Below are positions 48,920-60,000 of a stretch of DNA of 64,000 nucleotides, piece by piece. Source of the DNA: Acidobacteriota bacterium (GTDB lineage: Bacteria; Acidobacteriota; UBA6911; RPQK01; JAJDTT01); assembly GCA_965217775.1 (NCBI GenBank), contig CBDCJH010000002.1, forward strand, positions 3,904,001 through 3,968,000, given 5' to 3'. Both the position numbers and the translations under genes were made by a program. Below the pieces are notes generated by a model, which was not told the DNA's origin, did not search any database, and worked only from the letters and a program-made list of their open reading frames with translations. Numbering within the stretch: position 1 is the stretch's first letter; every line of letters starts with the position of its first letter.

Positions 48920-49642
48920 TTACATGACCACCGGCCCGGAGACATCCTCATCTTCTTCGATCTCCAGGACTTCCGCCGCCCGGATCCAGCGCTTGCGCCG
49001 CTGGAAATAGACTGCGGCCGCGATGATCCCCAGAGCCAGTCCGATGGCGTGGGTCCGATAACTGACCTGGGGTTGAACAGCAGAGGGCAGGAAGAGAATC
49101 AGAGCCACACCCAGGCTTCGCATGACCCGTTTCTTCAGGAGGATGCTCCGCTCCACCAGGATATAGACGGCCAACCAGAATCCGGCCATCACGTGGGTCA
49201 TGCCCGAAGCTCCCACCAGGTGAACCTCGGGGGAATAGGTCAGAAGGGAGAGGTAGTTGGTGACGACGCTCAGAACGATGACGCCCAGGGGATAGACTCC
49301 GAAGCCGAAGTAGCCGTAGAGGAGGTAGCCGAAAAAGACCACGAAGGGAAGATTGGAGAACAGATGCATCCAGTTGGAATGAACGGCCAGAGCGGAGAAC
49401 AGCCGCCAATATTCCTGCTGGTCCATGACCCTTTCGGGTACGGCCGCCAGGAGTCGGAAGAGCTCAGGAGAGTCCCTCCAAACCAGAACGGAGACGAACA
49501 AGATGACCATGGCGCAGGCGGCCGCGACGAGTCCGCTGTTCTCGGCCGCTTCCGCGAGAGGAGGGTCCGCTTGACCACGATCCGCGGCTGTGTCCAGTTG
49601 AATTCCGTTGTCATGCGCAAGATACCAGCGATTTTCCATCAT
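48920..49642 (-). CDS. Rhomboid family intramembrane serine protease (start uncertain)
   Basis: YWRL, H..WMHLFSN, GASG catalytic Ser, SY.THAIG catalytic His. Confidence 0.85.
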   Translation of the reverse strand: MMENRWYLAHDNGIQLDTAADRGQADPPLAEAAENSGLVAAACAMVILFVSVLVWRDSPELFRLLAAVPERVMDQQEYWRLFSALAVHSNWMHLFSNLPFVVFFGYLLYGYFGFGVYPLGVIVLSVVTNYLSLLTYSPEVHLVGASGMTHVMAGFWLAVYILVERSILLKKRVMRSLGVALILFLPSAVQPQVSYRTHAIGLALGIIAAAVYFQRRKRWIRAAEVLEIEEDEDVSGPVVM

Positions 49643-49779
49643 AGGAGCGGGGACCCCCGGGTTCAACGAGAGGGAGGCGTGGAGTCCTCGGTTGGCACCG
49701 TTCCGGTACGTTTCCGGGGTCTGTGCCGTGCTAACATTGACGTAGTCGGCTTGGTCTTTGCGTCCGTGAGACGTCACCC

Positions 49780-50199
49780 ATGAGTTGTTTGCGAAGTCCC
49801 GTCCCTTCCGACCTCAAGGTGTTGAGAAAGCTCTGGCCGCGGCTGTCCGATGTGGCGCTGGAGGCGCAGATCCGCGGCCCCCGGCTCCGAATCATCGAAG
49901 CCGGTGGGAAGCCGGTGGGTTTTCTCAAGTTCCACGTGATCTGGGAATCGCTCCCCTTCATCGAGCTCATCGTCATCCTGGAATCGGAGCGGGGTCTCGG
50001 CTACGGCACCTGCGCGGTGCGGGAGTGGGAGCGGCAGATGGCGGAACGCGGCTTCGACCTGGTGGTCATGTCCACCCAGGCCTCCGCCACGGCCCAGCAC
50101 TTTTGGCGCAAGCTCGGCTACCGGGATTGCGGCGCGCTCACGATACGGGACCAGCCCGCCGAGATCTTCATGCAGCGCCGCTTGGCCGGGGATTCCTGA
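49780..50199 (+). CDS. GNAT family N-acetyltransferase
   Basis: ERGLGYG acetyl-CoA motif; AQHFWRKLGY. Confidence 0.8.
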   Translation: MSCLRSPVPSDLKVLRKLWPRLSDVALEAQIRGPRLRIIEAGGKPVGFLKFHVIWESLPFIELIVILESERGLGYGTCAVREWERQMAERGFDLVVMSTQASATAQHFWRKLGYRDCGALTIRDQPAEIFMQRRLAGDS

Positions 50200-50256
50200 C
50201 TGTCCTTGGCGACATTTGCAGGGGACTGATAAAGTTCGTTCGGAGATTTCAAGCAC

Positions 50257-50330
50257 GCGCCCGTAGCTCAGCTGGACAGAGCAACGGACTTCTAATCCGT
50301 GGGTCGGGGGTTCGAATCCCTCCGGGCGCG
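50257..50330 (+). tRNA. tRNA-Arg(TCT)
   Basis: Acceptor stem GCGCCCG/CGGGCGC, D arm, anticodon arm ACGGA-CTTCTAA-TCCGT, T loop GGTTCGAATCC; CCA not encoded. Confidence 0.95.
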
Positions 50331-50400
50331 CACTTCATCTGTCTTTCCTCTTGCCTCAAAAGCTCTCCCACCGGCCTGAGCCCGGCGAAATCCCGGAAGA

Positions 50401-50604
50401 AAAAGGAGGGGAACGGCGACTTCCAGTCGCCGAACAGGAGCGGCGGTTTCCAGCCGCCGAACAGGAGCGGCGGTTTCCAGCCGCCGAACAGGAGCGGCGG
50501 TTTCCAGCCGCCGAACTCCCAAGTGCCAACGGGGCAGGAATGCAGGAGGGAATGAGCTTGCGGGGGAGCGCGGGAATGGGCGACTGGAAATCGCCCCTCC
50601 TTTT
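50401..50604. repeat. REPIN-like element with 3 identical tandem 27-bp palindromic units
   Basis: GAACAGGAGCGGCGGTTTCCAGCCGCC at 50432, 50459 and 50486; variant at 50411; inverted partner GGGCGACTGGAAATCGCCC at 50578; bounded by AAAAGGAGGGG / CCCCTCCTTTT. Confidence 0.9.
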
Positions 50605-50606
50605 CC

Positions 50607-52028
50607 TCAGAAGTTGTAGCCCATGGCGATGTTGAACTGGTCGAGACCGGTCTTGGCGCGGTTCAGGTTCCACTGATAGTCGGCTTTGAGGACGATATTG
50701 GAAATCGGCTTCAGCTCCAGGCCCAAGGTGTGGAACGACCGGTCCCGTGCAGGATTGCGAAGGTATCCGGCTGGCACCTGGGCCTGGGTGTCGAGAGTCT
50801 CGGCCCGGTAGTAGGGCATCAGCCTCACGTCTTCCCGGACCCGGGAAAGCAGGTTGTAACCGAATTGCAGATAACCTCCCTGTTGAGTCCCGCCCACCGA
50901 ATTCTTCCCGGTGTATCCGAGGGCCTGGTTCAGCTCCGCCACGTCGTCCAGGGAAGCACGGGCATAGAGCCCTCTCAAGTCGAAGCCCTCCATCCGGATC
51001 TGGGCGTGGAGCTCCCCGATCCGGGTCCCCACGTCCAATTCCTGTCCGTCGAACGTCAGCCCCTGACCCGAGCCCCCGTTGTAGATGGAGCCCCCGAAGA
51101 AGACTCCCGGAGTGGGATTCAGATCGACCCGCGCCACGACGGCCAGGTGGGAGGCCTTCGCCTTGTACCCCTTTTGCCGGCCGCCCCGCAGGCCGTTGGA
51201 GCTGAACTTCGAACCCAGCAGGCCATTCACCACGTAGACGCGGTAGTCGACCATCCCCGCGGATCCCACGAATCCGAATCCGTTCTCCCGCCAGGTGCTG
51301 GGCAGGATCCGGCGTTCGGTCTCCGGCCGATTGGCACCGATGAAGACCGTGGGTTCATGAAGCTCATTGACCAGACCCATGGGCACCAGGAGCAATCCCC
51401 CGCGAAGGGTCAAGTGGTCGTTCACCAGGCAGTCCAGATAGGCGAACTCGACGGAGGTGGAGCCGCCGAGACTGGTGGATCCATGCTCGATCTCGATCTC
51501 AGAGTTGAAGACGAAGCGGTCGTTGAATCGATAGCCGGCGTAGAGGATGGCCCGCAGAAAATCGAGTTGAGAGGTCATTGAGATGGGGTCTCCGGACTCG
51601 TCACGCCCACTGAAGTTGTTGTAGAGCATCTCGCCATAGCCTGCGATGGAAACACCCTGACGCTTCCTGTAAATGCTGGCCGCCGCCGGGCCGAGTCCTT
51701 TGCTTCGCGCCTGTTCGTCGGTGACTTCGATGTCCGGTTCGCCGCTCCGCAGCCGTTCCACTTCGATGGCGAGAATGTCGACCTGACGGCGGACTTCCGC
51801 CAGCTCCTCGTCCCGAGATGCCTGTTTCTCAGATTTCGGGACCGCCTCCGGCTGTGGAGTCCTCTCCTTCTCGAGCTTTTCCAACCTCCGCTTCAACTCT
51901 TCGATCTGGGCTTTCAGATCTTGCTTGTCGGTGCCCATTACCGGCGGCAAGAGGGCGGACAGCAACAGGCCGGCCATGAAATACTTCCACCATCGTTTGT
52001 ACGTTCTTGATCTTGCCTTCCGCTGCAT
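50607..52028 (-). CDS. Outer-membrane porin (OprO/OprP-like) with N-terminal coiled coil
   Basis: Signal peptide, coiled coil, GYGE..YN, FNSEIE.EH, VEFAYLD, HEPT.F, terminal GYNF. Confidence 0.75.
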   Translation of the reverse strand: MQRKARSRTYKRWWKYFMAGLLLSALLPPVMGTDKQDLKAQIEELKRRLEKLEKERTPQPEAVPKSEKQASRDEELAEVRRQVDILAIEVERLRSGEPDIEVTDEQARSKGLGPAAASIYRKRQGVSIAGYGEMLYNNFSGRDESGDPISMTSQLDFLRAILYAGYRFNDRFVFNSEIEIEHGSTSLGGSTSVEFAYLDCLVNDHLTLRGGLLLVPMGLVNELHEPTVFIGANRPETERRILPSTWRENGFGFVGSAGMVDYRVYVVNGLLGSKFSSNGLRGGRQKGYKAKASHLAVVARVDLNPTPGVFFGGSIYNGGSGQGLTFDGQELDVGTRIGELHAQIRMEGFDLRGLYARASLDDVAELNQALGYTGKNSVGGTQQGGYLQFGYNLLSRVREDVRLMPYYRAETLDTQAQVPAGYLRNPARDRSFHTLGLELKPISNIVLKADYQWNLNRAKTGLDQFNIAMGYNF

Positions 52029-52239
52029 GCGAATCTCCCTGTGTTCCGTAGGCGGAGCTCAATCCCGTTCAGCTGTCACTGTTGATGGAGGATAGCTATA
52101 GTGAGGATCGGTCTTTACTCGAAGGCCGAAATACCGGATAGGGGTACACCGATGCCACCGGTGTACCCCGCCCCCTCAGTTCATTCCCCCGGATTTTTCA
52201 ACATTGAATGCCTCATGGCCGCGTGCCGCGAGCATCTTA

Positions 52240-52256
52240 TTGAAAATGGATTTCAA
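52240..52256. promoter_or_regulatory. Fur-box-like inverted repeat
   Basis: TTGAAA-ATGGA-TTTCAA, an AT-rich dyad in the divergent region upstream of the porin. Confidence 0.5.
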
Positions 52257-52297
52257 CATCAACCTATGTCGTCATTTTTTCTTGGAAAGGTCGAACC

Positions 52298-53941
52298 ATG
52301 AACAAGCTGCTTGTGATCGCACTGCTGTTGAACGCCGCCGGGGAACTCGAGGCTGGGGAGAAGGTCAAGACCTCTCCCTTCACGGAACCCCAGAAACGCT
52401 CCAAGCGGATCCGCGTCAACAACGGGGCTTGGAATCCCATCGTCGACGTCACCGACGTGTTCCCGGGAAACCGGGCCTTGGATCGCCAGGGTGTCTTCAA
52501 GCTTTTCGATGCCGCCATCGGAGTCAAGCTTCGTCTCGAGCAGGCGGAGAGATCCGCGCCTCTGCTGGAGGCGACGGCGGAGTGGGAGCAGGGGAAATTC
52601 ATCGGCCCCCTGTTCATCTGGAGAGCCGACGGACTGCTCCACATGATCTATGAATGCTCCCGGGCCGAGTCCACGGCCTACGCCACCAGCACCGACGGCT
52701 ATCACTGGACGCGCCCGGAACTGAGCCAGGTCGAATTCGACGGGTCGTCGGCCAACAACCTGCTGCAAAACGGCATCCGGGGCGCCACGGGCGTCTTCAT
52801 CGACCCTCAGGCGCCCGCGGCGGAACGCTTCAAGGCCATGGGCGGCGACATGGCGTGGTACGACCCGGAGACCCTGCAGCCTCTGGAAGGCGAGGAGGCC
52901 ATGCGCCGCTGGAACCGCCTGGTCTATGAGAAGGACACGTACACGGGGCCTCGAGCCGAGATCTGGGGACGCACTCTGGGCTGGATCTCGGCGGACGGCC
53001 GGGACTGGAAGCCGCTGGAGAAGGCCCTGGGCATGCGCCCCGTCAATGGCGGCATCTCCGCCCACTATGACGAGGCCAACGGCGAATACATCGCCTACCA
53101 GCAGATCATGGGCAACACTGCCGAGCTGATGCCGGGGATCGGCACCGCCCGGATCGAGGAGGAAACGCAGCGGCGCGTCATCGGGTTCTCACGGACCAAG
53201 GACTTCCGGACCTGGCCGGCCCCCAAGCTGATCCTGGCTCCCGACGCCCTGGACGACCTGGACATCTCCTTTTACGGAGCCAACTACTTTCCCTATCCGG
53301 GGCGTACCGATCTTCACGTCATGGTCATCCCCGTCTATCACCAGCGGAACGATCACGTGGACACCCAGATCGCCTTCAGCCGCGACGGACTCTTCTGGAT
53401 CCGGCCCGAGCGCCGGCCCGTCCACACGGTGGGCCCCGCCGGCAGCGGGGACGATTGCCAGGTGCACACCTGGCGCAACGGCATGCTGGAGCTTCCCGAC
53501 GGGCTCTGGGCCGTGCCCTACACGGGAATGTCCAGCCTCCACAACGTCTACGGACAGGACCATCTCTTTCCCCAGGGCCGGCCTATTCAGATCCGCTACA
53601 TGTTGTGGAAACCGCACCGCTTCTGCGGGATCGAGGCGGAGAGCGAAGGCCGGTTCACGATTCCCACCATCTACCGGCACGGGGACGAACTGCGGCTGAA
53701 CTACCGCTCCGCTCCCGGAGGCTGGATCAGCGTGGAGTTGATGACCAAGAGCCCCTCCATGAATCAGGCCGATCTGCCGCCCATCGAGGGATTCACCTTC
53801 GCCGACTGCGACCGGCTGACCGGCGACGAGTCCGATCGAATCGTGACCTGGAAGGGCAGGAGCGATCTCTCCGGAATCGGAGAGACGGCGGCGATTCGCA
53901 TCAGGATGTTCCAGGCGAAGCTCTTCGCCTACAAGTTCTAA
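52298..53941 (+). CDS. Secreted beta-propeller glycosidase-like protein (third family member)
   Basis: YATSTDG.HWTRP.L, NN, ERFKA, AFSRDG, ELRLN, KLFAY terminus. Confidence 0.6.
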   Translation: MNKLLVIALLLNAAGELEAGEKVKTSPFTEPQKRSKRIRVNNGAWNPIVDVTDVFPGNRALDRQGVFKLFDAAIGVKLRLEQAERSAPLLEATAEWEQGKFIGPLFIWRADGLLHMIYECSRAESTAYATSTDGYHWTRPELSQVEFDGSSANNLLQNGIRGATGVFIDPQAPAAERFKAMGGDMAWYDPETLQPLEGEEAMRRWNRLVYEKDTYTGPRAEIWGRTLGWISADGRDWKPLEKALGMRPVNGGISAHYDEANGEYIAYQQIMGNTAELMPGIGTARIEEETQRRVIGFSRTKDFRTWPAPKLILAPDALDDLDISFYGANYFPYPGRTDLHVMVIPVYHQRNDHVDTQIAFSRDGLFWIRPERRPVHTVGPAGSGDDCQVHTWRNGMLELPDGLWAVPYTGMSSLHNVYGQDHLFPQGRPIQIRYMLWKPHRFCGIEAESEGRFTIPTIYRHGDELRLNYRSAPGGWISVELMTKSPSMNQADLPPIEGFTFADCDRLTGDESDRIVTWKGRSDLSGIGETAAIRIRMFQAKLFAYKF

Positions 53942-54026
53942 TGCGATCCCGTTCGGCTGGACATGGGAAAAATACAGCGTCTATGATGCATAGGAAGTCG
54001 TTCCAACTTTTACGGAGTCAAAGATC

Positions 54027-55337
54027 ATGAAAACCCTGCTCTCCCTGGTCCTGCTCTTTTCGGCCGCGGCTCCCCTTCACGCGGGCAATTGGCCCCAATT
54101 CCGGGGCCCCAGTTTCAACGGGTCGACCCCCGAAAAGGGTTTGCCGACCCAATGGTCGCCAACCGAGAACATCGCGTGGAGCGCGACCTTGCCCGGACCC
54201 AGTGCGGCCACGCCCGCCGTCTGGGAGGATCACGTCTTCGTCTCCAGCACCGACCCGGAATCCAACTCGCTGAAGGCACTCTGCTTTGACCGGATCAGTG
54301 GCAAGCTCCTCTGGCAGAGGGACGTCGCCACCGGGATCAACAGGGACAGCCGGAGCGACTTCGCCTCGCCCTCTCCCGCCACCGACGGCAAGCTGGTCGT
54401 CTTCTTCTATGGCAATGGGGAGATGGCGGCGTTCGACTTTTCGGGGCATCAGCTCTGGCGGCGCCAGATTCAGAAAGACTACGGCGAATTCGCCTTCTTC
54501 TGGACCTTCTCGTCCAGTCCGCTCCTCTTCGACGGCAAGCTCTACCTCCAGGTGTTGCAGCGGGACGTTCCCATCGAGGGACGCGGTCTGAAGGACCGCA
54601 AGAACCGGTCGTACATCCTGGCCATGAAGCCCGAAACCGGTGAGACCCTGTGGCGCAGCTTCCGCCCCAGCCAGGCGGTGGCCGAGTCTCGCGAGGCCTT
54701 CACCTCACCCGTCCCCTTTGTCCACAACGGGCGCCGCGAGTTGTTGGTGGTTGGCGGCGACGACCTGAGCGGCCATGACCTGGAGACCGGCAAGGAACTC
54801 TGGCGCTGGGGGACCTGGAATCCCACGCGCATCCGGCACTGGCGCCTGGTCCCCTCTCCCGTGGCCAACCAGGACGTGATCCTGGCCTGCGCTCCCAAGC
54901 GGGATCCCATCTACGCCATCAAGACGGGCGGAGTCGGAAAGCTGGACGACAGCGCCATCGCCTGGGTCAGCAAGGACGTCCGGCCGGTGACCTCCGACGT
55001 ACCCACCCCCGCGTACTACGACGGAGATTTCTTTGTCCTGAGCGACGTTCGCAAGTCCCTTTCTCGAGTCGAGCCCAAGACGGGCAAGGTGAAATGGACG
55101 ATACAGACGCCCGGCCGCAGCAAGTACGAAGCCTCGCCATTGGCCGGTGACGGCAAGATTTACCTGGTCAATTTCGACGGCGACGTCGTGGTGGTGGACG
55201 CGGCGGGTGGTGAGGTCCTCAACCAGATCGCCATGGGCGACGCCGAGGACGCCCCAGTCCGCTCGACCGTGGTGGCAGCCCAGGGTCACCTTTTCGTCCG
55301 GACCAACCGGACCCTGTTCTGCGTGGGCCAGAACTGA
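54027..55337 (+). CDS. PQQ-binding-like beta-propeller repeat protein (BamB-like)
   Basis: NWPQFRGP, ENIAW...LPG..ATP, repeated G..LW blades, ASP motifs. Confidence 0.85.
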   Translation: MKTLLSLVLLFSAAAPLHAGNWPQFRGPSFNGSTPEKGLPTQWSPTENIAWSATLPGPSAATPAVWEDHVFVSSTDPESNSLKALCFDRISGKLLWQRDVATGINRDSRSDFASPSPATDGKLVVFFYGNGEMAAFDFSGHQLWRRQIQKDYGEFAFFWTFSSSPLLFDGKLYLQVLQRDVPIEGRGLKDRKNRSYILAMKPETGETLWRSFRPSQAVAESREAFTSPVPFVHNGRRELLVVGGDDLSGHDLETGKELWRWGTWNPTRIRHWRLVPSPVANQDVILACAPKRDPIYAIKTGGVGKLDDSAIAWVSKDVRPVTSDVPTPAYYDGDFFVLSDVRKSLSRVEPKTGKVKWTIQTPGRSKYEASPLAGDGKIYLVNFDGDVVVVDAAGGEVLNQIAMGDAEDAPVRSTVVAAQGHLFVRTNRTLFCVGQN

Positions 55338-55349
55338 CCCGGTAGCACG

Positions 55350-56447
55350 CTACGCCAGTTTGCCCCGGCCTACCAGGGGCCAGACCGTCTCCACGCGGCC
55401 GTCCCGGATCCCGTAAAGAACATCGTGTAGAAAGACCGTCGAGTCCGAGTATCCGGGAATGATCTCGATCTTGTCCCCAACTCGGGGCGATTCGCTGGGC
55501 TCGGCCAACCGGATGATTCCGTGCTCGGCCGACATCACGAACTCCTTGACCGCGATCTCCCCCAGGACTTCGGCGGGGGCGTCGTGCCGGTTCATGGTCT
55601 TGAATCCGGCGTCGCAGATGATGCGGGCGGGGTGGGGGCGGCTGGTCACGGTGGACAGGATCGTCAGTGCGAATTCGTGCTCCACGCCGAAGTGGCGCCG
55701 GTAGGCGATGTCGCAGTAGATGCCGCCTCCCGCCTCGATCTCCGTGATGCCGGGAACGAAAGCGCTGATCCGATAAGTCCCGGTGCCGCCGCAACTGATG
55801 ATCTCGACCGGAATCCCAGCCTCGCGGATGGCCTGGGCGGTGTCCGTCAGCTTCCCCAGCGCCTCCTCGACCATCCGTTTCTTCTTTCCCAGGTCCGGTT
55901 CGAACAGTGCATGGGCCTCCCAGGTCTGCAACCCAGCGAAGCGGACGTGCCGCAACCGGGCGATCCGGCGGGCCAGGGACACGGTGGGTTCTCCCGGCAA
56001 GACTCCGGCGCGCTGCATCCCCACGTCCACCTCGATCAGGACCCGGGGACGGACGCCCTTGGCCCCGGCGGCGCGGTCGATGGCCTGGGCGTTTTCGAAC
56101 TGGTCCACACAGACCATCACGTCGGCCTGGCGGCAGACGTTGACCAGACGATCGATCTTAGTCGCACCCACGATCTGGTTGGCCACCAGGATGTCGCGGA
56201 TCCCGGCGGCGGCCATGACCTCGGCCTCCCCCAGCTTGGCGCAGGTGATTCCGTGGGCCCCCGCTTCGAGACACAGATTCGCCAGAGCCGGCGTCTTCAT
56301 CGCCTTGGTGTGGGGGCGCCATCCCACCTTGGCATCGCGAATGATGGTGGTCGCCATGCGGTCGATGTTGCGCTGAAGGACGTCCAGATCCACCATCAGG
56401 GCGGGCGTGTCGAGCGCCTCTTTGGGTTGTCCCACCAAACTGCTCAT
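55350..56447 (-). CDS. DSD1 family PLP-dependent enzyme (D-threonine aldolase-like)
   Basis: LDTPAL.VDL, RPHTK (PLP Lys), CAKLGEAE, GGTGTY, DAGFK, SAEHG. Confidence 0.88.
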   Translation of the reverse strand: MSSLVGQPKEALDTPALMVDLDVLQRNIDRMATTIIRDAKVGWRPHTKAMKTPALANLCLEAGAHGITCAKLGEAEVMAAAGIRDILVANQIVGATKIDRLVNVCRQADVMVCVDQFENAQAIDRAAGAKGVRPRVLIEVDVGMQRAGVLPGEPTVSLARRIARLRHVRFAGLQTWEAHALFEPDLGKKKRMVEEALGKLTDTAQAIREAGIPVEIISCGGTGTYRISAFVPGITEIEAGGGIYCDIAYRRHFGVEHEFALTILSTVTSRPHPARIICDAGFKTMNRHDAPAEVLGEIAVKEFVMSAEHGIIRLAEPSESPRVGDKIEIIPGYSDSTVFLHDVLYGIRDGRVETVWPLVGRGKLA

Positions 56448-57012
56448 TTATCTTTCCTCCTGCCGGAGTCCCGCCGGGCGATCCACGGCGGCCACGCCCA
56501 TTTCATCGATCCCTCCCAGTTTACTACGGCGCCGTCTTTCGACCGTCAAATTACGCTGCAGGTCGCGCGGCGGCGGCGGAACTCGGGACCCGAATACCAT
56601 TTTCGCCTGTCTTCCAACGGAAATCGCTCGTCGAGTTGAAGCCGAAAAATGGTTACTTACAGCGTTCGATCGCGCACCCCGCGCGCAGACCCATCGCGGT
56701 GACCACTCGTGGCAACCGGTTCCTGCGCACTATAGCCTCCGTGCGATTTGCACCAGGATTTTCAAGGTGACAGGCAGCGTTGAAGTGCGCCATGCGATTG
56801 CCGGGGAACTCCTTGCTAGTCAACTCGGCCACCGCCATTATCCGTATTCGGTTGGGTCCACCGTATTTAAGTCCGGTAGCGAATGCGGTGAGTCCGGTCG
56901 TCTTCGGTGCTAGCCTCCGACGTGCGACTCGTCCGGCAGCACCGTCCCGCCCCTGCGAGTGAGACCGAACCGGGAATCTACAGCTGTGGACTCAAAGGCC
57001 GAGTTTGCCGTC

Positions 57013-60000
57013 TTAGGCTGATCGACCACTGAGCACATCCTCGATCAACTGACTGATGGCGGATGAGTCGATGCCACCACGCCGATCATCCTGGGTGACG
57101 ATCAACGTACCATTGGCACCGCCACCTTCTTCGTGCGGCAAGATGCAGTTGTCGCGGTACCACTGTTCCTTCTCTTGCCAGCGTCGCTTGTAGTAGTCGT
57201 CCCGCAGCATGCCCAGATGCTCCCAAATATATTTCTCGCCGGTGTCGTCGTCCTCGATTGTAAAATCAGGAAACTTGTCGTAGAGAACGTCGTCGATTTC
57301 CAGCTGCTGTTCATACTCGTAGTCGATGTTCCTAACATGCAACAAGTTCGCGATGATGACCTCAGATTTGGATCGGACGAGCTCGCCGCGGGTTGTGTTG
57401 TGTATGAGTTGCTCTTCCAAAAACCTCCCCCTGAATTCGATCGGATTTGGTGGGCGGAATAGGTTGGTCAATCGACATACAACGGCCGAGTAGCGATCGG
57501 AACTGAACCGGTGCAGATCGGTGGCTGAACCCTGAAGCAGTACGACAACCTTATCCTTCTGTCGCGTGAGCGCTGTGTAGAGCAATTCGCGAGTGACCAT
57601 GAGCGGCGAACGGGGCAGGACCAGCAATACCTTGGCGAACTCGCTGCCTTGTGCCTTGTGGACGGTCAACGCGTAAGCCAGTTCAAGACCGGCTTCGCCC
57701 TCCTCCTTAAAGTCGCTATTGTAGAAGGTGAAGGACGTTCCACGCTGGGTGGAGAACTCGATCTCGAGGTTCTGGGGCCACCAGTTCCGGCTCCTCGTCC
57801 TCCGATGGCCGACGACGATCCCGATCTCACCGTTCGCCAGATAACCGCGCCCATCCGGCCTTGGATACATCCGCTGCTTGGGTACTGACCAGTTGCGATT
57901 GTTGATCACTTTGTCGCCATAAATGATCTGCTGGTCACCCTTGGGTTTCGGAATGTAACGCATTTTGCCCGGATTATGGGCAAGGTCGATTTGGCGACCC
58001 TTGTAGCGAGTGTGGATGAACCGGTTGAGCGTATCGACACCCCACGGCTTCTGGCGGACAGGGCTCAGAATCTGCCATGCTTCGGCCGCGATGCCAGCGC
58101 CTTCCCTGTCGCCGCGCTTGGGGTGGAACCAAATGGATCTGTTCCACTCGCTGCCGCCAAGTCTGATGCCGAGGGCCTGCCATTCCTCTATGTCCGGATC
58201 GAAATCCAGCGTCCGGCGCAAAACCTCGGGCAGCACCGTCTGCAGCTCGTCGGGCGTCTCCCACGAGACAAACTCGACGGTTCGGCTCGTACGCATGCCG
58301 GAAAGAATCTCAAAGACTTGGTCGTCGCCGGCGCTCGTCTCGCCGCGTCCGAACCATGAAGCGAGCAGAAGGTCGTCACCTTGGCCTGCTCCCGGACGGC
58401 GAGGAATCATCAGTTCGGCGAAACCGGAAGCGACGTGGGGTTGATCGATCGCGAAGTCTTCAGGTTTCAGATGGGCGACAATGTCCACGAATGGCCGTCC
58501 TGCGCCGATCGGCGGCAGCTGTCGGTAGTCGCCGACGAAGATCAACCGGACGACCCCGCTCAAGGATTCGATCAGAGCTGCCATCATCTCCTCGGTGAGC
58601 ATCGAGCACTCATCGACGATCACCGTCTTGGCGACCCTCTCCCCGCGTGCACCGGTCAGGAGGTACCGTTGGGTCCGGCCATCATAGCGATCCGTCAAGA
58701 TCAGGTGCTGCGCGACCGTATACGCGCGGCAGTTCTCGATACCGGCCTTCCGAGCCACGTCTTCCATCCGAACCCGAGCCTTGCCGGTCGGTGCAAGTAG
58801 AAGTACCCCACCTCTGTTGATCTCCGGTTGGGCGCATAGGATGGACAGCAAGGTGGTCTTGCCCGTTCCCGCCCGTCCGGCCAAGACACTAAAACGAGAC
58901 GACGCAAGTTCCTCAATGGCTGCGGTTTTCTCCGTGCGCGCCTTCTCCTCTCGGTCCCGTTCTTCTGTTTCATCCGGCATTTCCTTAAGGAACGCATCGA
59001 TTACCGCCCGCCAGTTCACGTCCATGCAGTGGCGCCTTGCGGCAACCCGTTTTTCGACGGTGGAGCGTATTAGGTCTCCAGCTTCGCCAAGACGGACAAG
59101 CTGATATGCCAGTTGGTTATTGGCCATCTTGACGATGCGAATCTCGCCCTGGAATACCTCATCTTCGGCGACACCAAGCAGGTCGGTCGTGATCTGGGCC
59201 GTCTGCTCCTCCCCATCTTCCTCCCCTCGACGCAGGGCGCGAACGATGTCATCTCGGGAGCGAAGCGTGTCACCGTTTCGCGCAGCAGCTTCAAGGCTGC
59301 GAATGGTCAGGGCGCGAAGCCGTCGGACATCGACAGCCGTCTTGACGAGCGACGGCTCCGGGATGGGGAATTCTTTCCGGAGCTTCGCGTTCGGAAACAT
59401 GCCGCGATCGACAACTCCGATCGAGACGGGCCGATCGGATAGGCGTGTAGCCTCGTACACGAGGTATGGGTTCTTCGTGATCTCAGCGTCCGAAGGGTCA
59501 ATTCCGTGATCTCTACGCTCGACTGGTGAGACCAACAGATCGGCCTGGTCCTGCGTTATATCCATGCGACTGAGCAGCGCGAGAAAAGCCCGACGACCAT
59601 TGTCCATTCGCTGCCAGGCCTTGGCTATCGAGTCGTCGATGTGTCGAGCCAGCTCGGGCGGCAGAAATTCATCAGGATTGTCGAGGGTCCTGAACCAAGC
59701 TGGCCAAGGGTCCGTTTCGTCGCCGATCCTATCGAGAAGTGACTGAGCGATGAAGTTGCCCATCCTGACACTCATCGCGGAGAGCACCACACCGAGTCCC
59801 GGAAACGGACCGCGTTTAATCCAAAGGCGACTCAACTCCCTGTCTATCCATCTTTCGAAGCGATCAGGCACGTACCCGAACAACTCGGAGCAGCGATGCA
59901 GCGCACTACGCATCGCCATCAGGGAACTTATCGCGGCGTCGTTTCCGACGTGCTCGGTGACGTAAGAGAACTCGACAAACCGATCTTGTGGCGCAAACGC

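Noticed and set aside
50257-50330. tRNA-Arg as the integration site of an island
   Set aside because: No duplicated tRNA 3' end and no adjacent integrase seen in the window.
50411-50512. CRISPR array from the 27-bp repeats
   Set aside because: Units are directly adjacent with no spacers, no cas genes are present, and the same unit occurs singly elsewhere as a REP.
56653-56838. Possible HEPN remnant (NRMAHF)
   Set aside because: Only a short motif in a 61-aa ORF, lacking the Arg of an RxxxxH motif; insufficient support.
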